Assembly: GCA_900088475.1 (NCBI GenBank)
Contig: FLMG01002850.1
Span: forward strand, 32,041-96,040
Reading direction: 5' to 3'
DNA length: 64,000 nt
Origin: Hyphochytrium catenoides
Taxonomy: Eukaryota; Protista; Hyphochytriomycota
The number at the start of each line of letters is the position of its first letter. The stretch's first letter is position 1. The notes beneath the pieces were generated by a model. The model ran no database searches, was not told the DNA's origin, and was given only the letters and a program-made list of their open reading frames with translations. The translations under genes and the position numbers were made by a program. Positions 59,508 through 64,000 of the stretch are shown one piece after another.

Positions 59508-60884
59508 CTAGCCCACACAGCCCATGATGGATACTGTGTCGAACTGAAAGTTCCCAAAGATGTTGTTTGGGACACGAAGACTGGTCCTCCTTTCTTCTTC
59601 TACCTCCACCGCTGGTTCCTCTTCCAAACCCTGCTGCTCTCGCCGAGGTTCCTCTGCTGGACTTACGCTTTGCGGCAGAGGTCGCACTTGCCCTAGGCTG
59701 CTGTTCGTAGCGGAAGCAGCAAAATTCTGGAAGAAAGCAGCTACTGGTGCGGAAAGCGTAGGCTCCGAAGAAGTTGCGTCTCCCTCTAGACTTTCCTCCT
59801 CCTTCTTTCCTTGCCCAGCGGCCAGCCGAACACTGCCAAAGTCGTGCGGATTACCATCGTAGACAAATTTCTTTCCTGTCAGAGATTCGTTGACGGCAAA
59901 CATATCCTCCACTGTCCAGCTGCTATGCTTTGCACCGTCGAATGTCTCTTCATTGAAAAGATCCTTAGACGTTTCCGTCTCGGTGCCAAAATGTCCGCGT
60001 ATCTTTTGGTTCTGGGACGCCGACTTGGGCCTACCAGAATTGTTCGCGCCGCTTCCTCCTTGGTCAGTTCGTGAGGGAGATCTTCGCCCATTCTTCGCTT
60101 TCGTAGGCACAGAGCTTGAACGCTCCTCTCCTCCACCATTCGACTTGGCACTCTTCCGACTTCGGGAATTCGAGTTGCTCCGACCCGGACTCCTGTGCGC
60201 GTTCTTCTTCGGGCCTTTCCTGATCCATCGCTTCAACCGTCCCATAAACGGCAGTACTGCATAAGAGTTCTTAGGGACTGAGTCGATCGGGAACCAAGCT
60301 ATCTGACTGATCTCTTTTCTAGTCTTGGTCTCAAAGGGATAACTCTCGTCAATTCCAGCCACTATGAAGAGTTTGATATTCTGATCTTTGTTCCTAAAGT
60401 CCAGAAAGCTTGAAGGCGAGATGAGAGAAGATACATCGCATCCAGTCTCCTCCATAACTTCTCGAGCCGCACACTCAACCTCACTCTCTCCTTGATTCAC
60501 CTTGCCCCGAGGAAAGGACCAGGCAGTGCCTTTCCAGTTGCAAACAAGCACCACCTTATCCTGTGCCTTGTTCAGGATAATGCATCCCATCACAGGCACT
60601 GATGTTACGTAAGATTTGAACGATGAGAAGTGTTCGTCATATTGGTGCTGGAGCGGTTGCAGCAATGTGCAAGTATCAAACATTCGCTTCGCGAACTCCT
60701 TAAGCTTGAAGTGGGGAAGGTGCGAATATTGGTCCGCATAGAAGTCCTCGTAAAACCAGTAGCTTTGTTCAATCTGAAAGAAAAGGCGTTCTGTTGACTT
60801 GAGCTCATCTTCCGGAACGTTCAGAAGGAAGCGAGACTCTAGCTCCTCCAGCACCTCTTGGATCGTTGGTCTTTTGTCACTCAT
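59508..60884 (-). CDS. DCP2: mRNA-decapping enzyme Dcp2 (Box A + Nudix), single exon
   Basis: SRFLLNVP...RLFFQIEQSYWFYEDF (Box A), Nudix box FPRGKVNQGESEVECAAREVMEETG, Box B FETKTRKEIS and C-terminal FGNFQFD..IM. Confidence 0.96.
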   Translation of the reverse strand: MSDKRPTIQEVLEELESRFLLNVPEDELKSTERLFFQIEQSYWFYEDFYADQYSHLPHFKLKEFAKRMFDTCTLLQPLQHQYDEHFSSFKSYVTSVPVMGCIILNKAQDKVVLVCNWKGTAWSFPRGKVNQGESEVECAAREVMEETGCDVSSLISPSSFLDFRNKDQNIKLFIVAGIDESYPFETKTRKEISQIAWFPIDSVPKNSYAVLPFMGRLKRWIRKGPKKNAHRSPGRSNSNSRSRKSAKSNGGGEERSSSVPTKAKNGRRSPSRTDQGGSGANNSGRPKSASQNQKIRGHFGTETETSKDLFNEETFDGAKHSSWTVEDMFAVNESLTGKKFVYDGNPHDFGSVRLAAGQGKKEEESLEGDATSSEPTLSAPVAAFFQNFAASATNSSLGQVRPLPQSVSPAEEPRREQQGLEEEPAVEVEEERRTSLRVPNNIFGNFQFDTVSIMGCVG

Positions 60885-61449
60885 TATGTGGACCTAGGGT
60901 ACGCTACTCTCAACTCCACGTACGTATCAACTTCAAATATCAGTGGCGACCTGTGTCTCCTGTGGCATGGAGCAGACGGGTGGGATAGTAAAGAGGTTTG
61001 TCTCTCCCACCGCAAATGGAAGCAGAAGAAGCCTCTCTGGAATTCAGCCTGATGTCCTGGCCTGAGCTTTAGAACGCAGCTCTCTCCCTCCAAGCAATCC
61101 TACCAAGCAATCCTAACTGCTGGCTCTCTCCACAGCTATAGCCTTTCCTCGAGTGACTCCTATCTTAGGATTCCGCTCAAAACCTACCGCAATGGTTGAT
61201 GGATGCGCAAGCTTAACCGTCCCTTAAGCAAAATAAGTGATAGTTTTCTACTTCAAACAAGCTATCAATGGCCCGGGTGCATCGAGGTCAGAAGCCCGCA
61301 AACAACGCTTCAGAGCTTTGAGATCTGCACTTCAAAGACCAAGCTATGCAATAAAGCACAAAGCTCAGAACCTCAACGCTGCAGCGGCGCTGACTTTGTG
61401 AAAAGAGTCAGTGTATGAGGGTTGCGGCCCTTGAGGTGAACGGACAGCG

Positions 61450-64000
61450 AGACAGAGTATCAAGGAGATGTCAGGCCCAAGGCTCACATGACTTCAGAAA
61501 GAACGTGGAGCATGAGCTAGAGGGAGGGTGGAGATAGCAGAGTGGCAAGACAGAGTGCTCAAGACACAAGAAAGCTATGCTTCCGTTCTGTTGCGTTCTC
61601 ATCGCCATCCTCACTTACCTTTTTCAAACCCACGGCTCTAATCCGCAAGCACTTTATATTGCAAACCCAGAGATAAGTGTAGTAAACACACACCGCTGCA
61701 AACGTGCTACCATCACAAGATTCAATCCCAGGCTTTTTATTGTTTATGTGCAGAAGAGACAGGTTTAGTTTGGTTCATAATTTCAAAATTGCAGCTGAAC
61801 AATTGGATCAGACCCAAAAAAGCAGTCTTGATTACCTGCACCTCTAACATTCTGAAGCTTTCACGTTTCAAGAACAATTGGTGAGGATGGGGTATTGGCT
61901 GTCTTGGTGTGGATGGGCAGGCAGAATGCACCATCTGGGATAAAGTTGAGATTTATTGAGGAAGTGGGTGGGAGGTGTCCGGAGATGCTCTCGTTAACTT
62001 CGGGCTGAAAGACATAGCCTTATTCTGAATCCTACGAACTTTGGTACCACTCATCCACAATGTAGCTATTCCTGGTCCAATCCTGCAGCGACAAAGTAAG
62101 GATATTTTGGACGCTATTTCTCTAATCTAGAGCGCTTTTTGTAATAAATAAGGCTGTTTGGTCTATGAGAGAAACCTGTGTTCTCCGAATGCGAAATAAA
62201 AGTGAAGATAGGCTGGTTGTTAGTTTTTGGTCGTTACGTTTTATTTTTGGTGTGCAGGTGACAAGGCACTTCGTTACCAGCAAGCTGCATAGTTACTCGA
62301 AGAGAATAATTTATGGGAATGAAGCACGTCACTCTTTCTAGGCCACCACTACTACGACACTTGGTGGCAGAAGAGTTCGCTTTAAAGTATGACAGCTTGA
62401 CAGATGATCAGCAGCAAGCCCGCCATAAGTCAATGAATGACTCCTTGTTGACGGACAACCAACAACCGGCTATTTATTGAAGAAGGTTGCTAGTTCCTAG
62501 TAGTAGTAGTGGCAGCATCATGTGTGCTTTGATTTAAAATCAGGTCAATAATAGATGAACTTCTTTTCACAGGTTCAGAGTGTATTTTCAGCTTAGGATC
62601 AATCAGGGATCAATCCTATCGCTGTAACCATTATTTCTGCTCGCTGGCGGCGTTGTGGGAGCTAGCCAGTTATGGCAAGAAGAAGAGGGAGGTAGTAGGT
62701 AACTATGGAGACTTCCTCCTGATTGATGTCCGAGTTCTAAGGAGTTTAGCTCCTGTCATAAGCAGGCACATAGCTCGAGTAGTACATTCTATTTCTAGTG
62801 GTATTATTAGGTGAGAGGACGTGCATGGATAACTCCTCGCCTAGTTGGATTCATTTATTGTTTGTCATGTCAAAATTTGAACCTTCAATCGTCAGCTAGC
62901 TTTGTCTTGGGGGTACATGAAAAATTACCTTTGATGCCACCAGATCCTGCCCTTGTGCCAAGATGGAAGGCGTACTTATTATTACCGTCAATTTAAAGAG
63001 ACATCAATCAACGCTAGGACTCGAAAAACCAGCAGAAGCTAGAAGGAACGCCGTCTAACGTCGGCTCCAATTTTGGCGCCTTTCTGGGACAACTGACTGC
63101 TAAGCCTGATGTTTGAAGTAGCTTTTGAACCGCATGGTGTTACATTACTCCTTTCCCAAGCCACTGGCGCTTTTGGCTGATCAAAGTTAGATGGCGTTCG
63201 TTGTATATACTACCTTTCCCAGTTTCCTCTCTCCTTCGCACCAGGTCTTGTTTGAGGTTGAGTGGTCACAGGCGTCGTAGACATCGTTGGAGAGTTTGTA
63301 GTCTTTGATAGAATTTTTGTTGCAGTAGTCCAACCCATTGATAACGAAAAAAATGCCGACCAGGAATAAGTTGGTGGAGGTGTCCTGCTTCCGACTAGAA
63401 CTATGTAGATGTACGGCATAGCTGACGCTATTCATGGAGTGTAGCACTGTTGTTGTTGTCTACGAGGATGATTTGCCTGCTCAGCCACGTCTCTCTAATG
63501 TCGGTTCTGCGGCTGATTGACTGTTCTTGCGAAGTCGTGTCATCGTAGTAGTCAAACAGCCGCAGAACCGATCTCATTTCCATCGGGTGGCTCGCATGTT
63601 GTCTTTTCAGTGCCGAGGAGCTGTCCGACGACTGCTGCGAATGTACAAACACATGTCTCTAAGAGCATTGTCTAGCCCAAGAGATGCAACAGCAGCCAAT
63701 AGATTCGGATGATGCCCTCATCATGAAAGAGAACATGACGACGAAAGAAAAGAGCTCCAGAAGATTCCCAGCATTCAATGCTATAAGACCTCGACCAGCC
63801 GGTCGCCCTTTGTTATTGGCACCCCAGCATCAGCTTGCACCATCAAGTAAGGGCATCCATCCTGCCATCATTATCATCCAACTCTCAAAAGATACGCATC
63901 GAAGATTCAATCACCCAGATCTGGTCGCGAAGAAAGGGATGCTGAAGCAAGCAAATTTCAAGGCTTGACCTGTCCGAAACGTAAAGGCCATACCCGAAGA
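61450..64000. other. Gene-free, more AT-rich region with only short broken ORFs; possibly a decayed transposon or pseudogene
   Basis: No spliceable conserved gene found. THRRFNHPDLVAKKGMLKQA (63893-63955) weakly resembles Copia GAG-pre-integrase LHRRFGHP motifs. Confidence 0.25.

Noticed and set aside
63187-63968. Short ORFs, including a Copia-like HRRFNHP motif
   Set aside because: No integrase, RT or LTR features are visible in the window, which is too weak to call a mobile element.
1-64000. Alternative genetic code or stop-codon readthrough
   Set aside because: Conserved genes (ADE2, DCP2, MSRA, LAMTOR2, LAS1) translate cleanly with the standard code once introns are removed, and TAA, TAG and TGA all serve as stops.

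Overview
Eukaryotic nuclear DNA from a compact, gene-dense, intron-rich genome (about 50% GC, spliceosomal GT-AG introns of roughly 50-400 nt, two 48-N assembly gaps). It is probably a flagellated protist, possibly stramenopile-like; the taxon is inferred, not established. I could reconstruct about 17 protein-coding genes by hand: a DUF3245-like nucleolar protein, a DUF2431/BMT5-like rRNA methyltransferase, SAAL1, an alpha/beta-hydrolase, CCDC81, LAMTOR2, ADE2 (PurK-PurE), two SDP1/TGL4-type patatin triacylglycerol lipases, two paralogous uncharacterised membrane proteins with a His...Asn-Cys (permuted papain-like) signature, LAS1, a PP2C, a small unknown protein, a guanylate-binding protein, an EF-hand/ankyrin/FN3 protein, MsrA and DCP2. 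The most notable structure is a twice-repeated, co-oriented pairing of the unknown His/Cys membrane enzyme with a patatin lipase. The lipase paralogs share intron positions, but the unknown paralogs share none. Other observations: GC-AG introns, frequent AAG acceptors, intronic micro-duplications that copy splice signals, a tRNA-like Pol III relic, an AGATC motif cluster in a bidirectional promoter, and unusual domain or motif add-ons. Gene ends and some exon boundaries are manual estimates.
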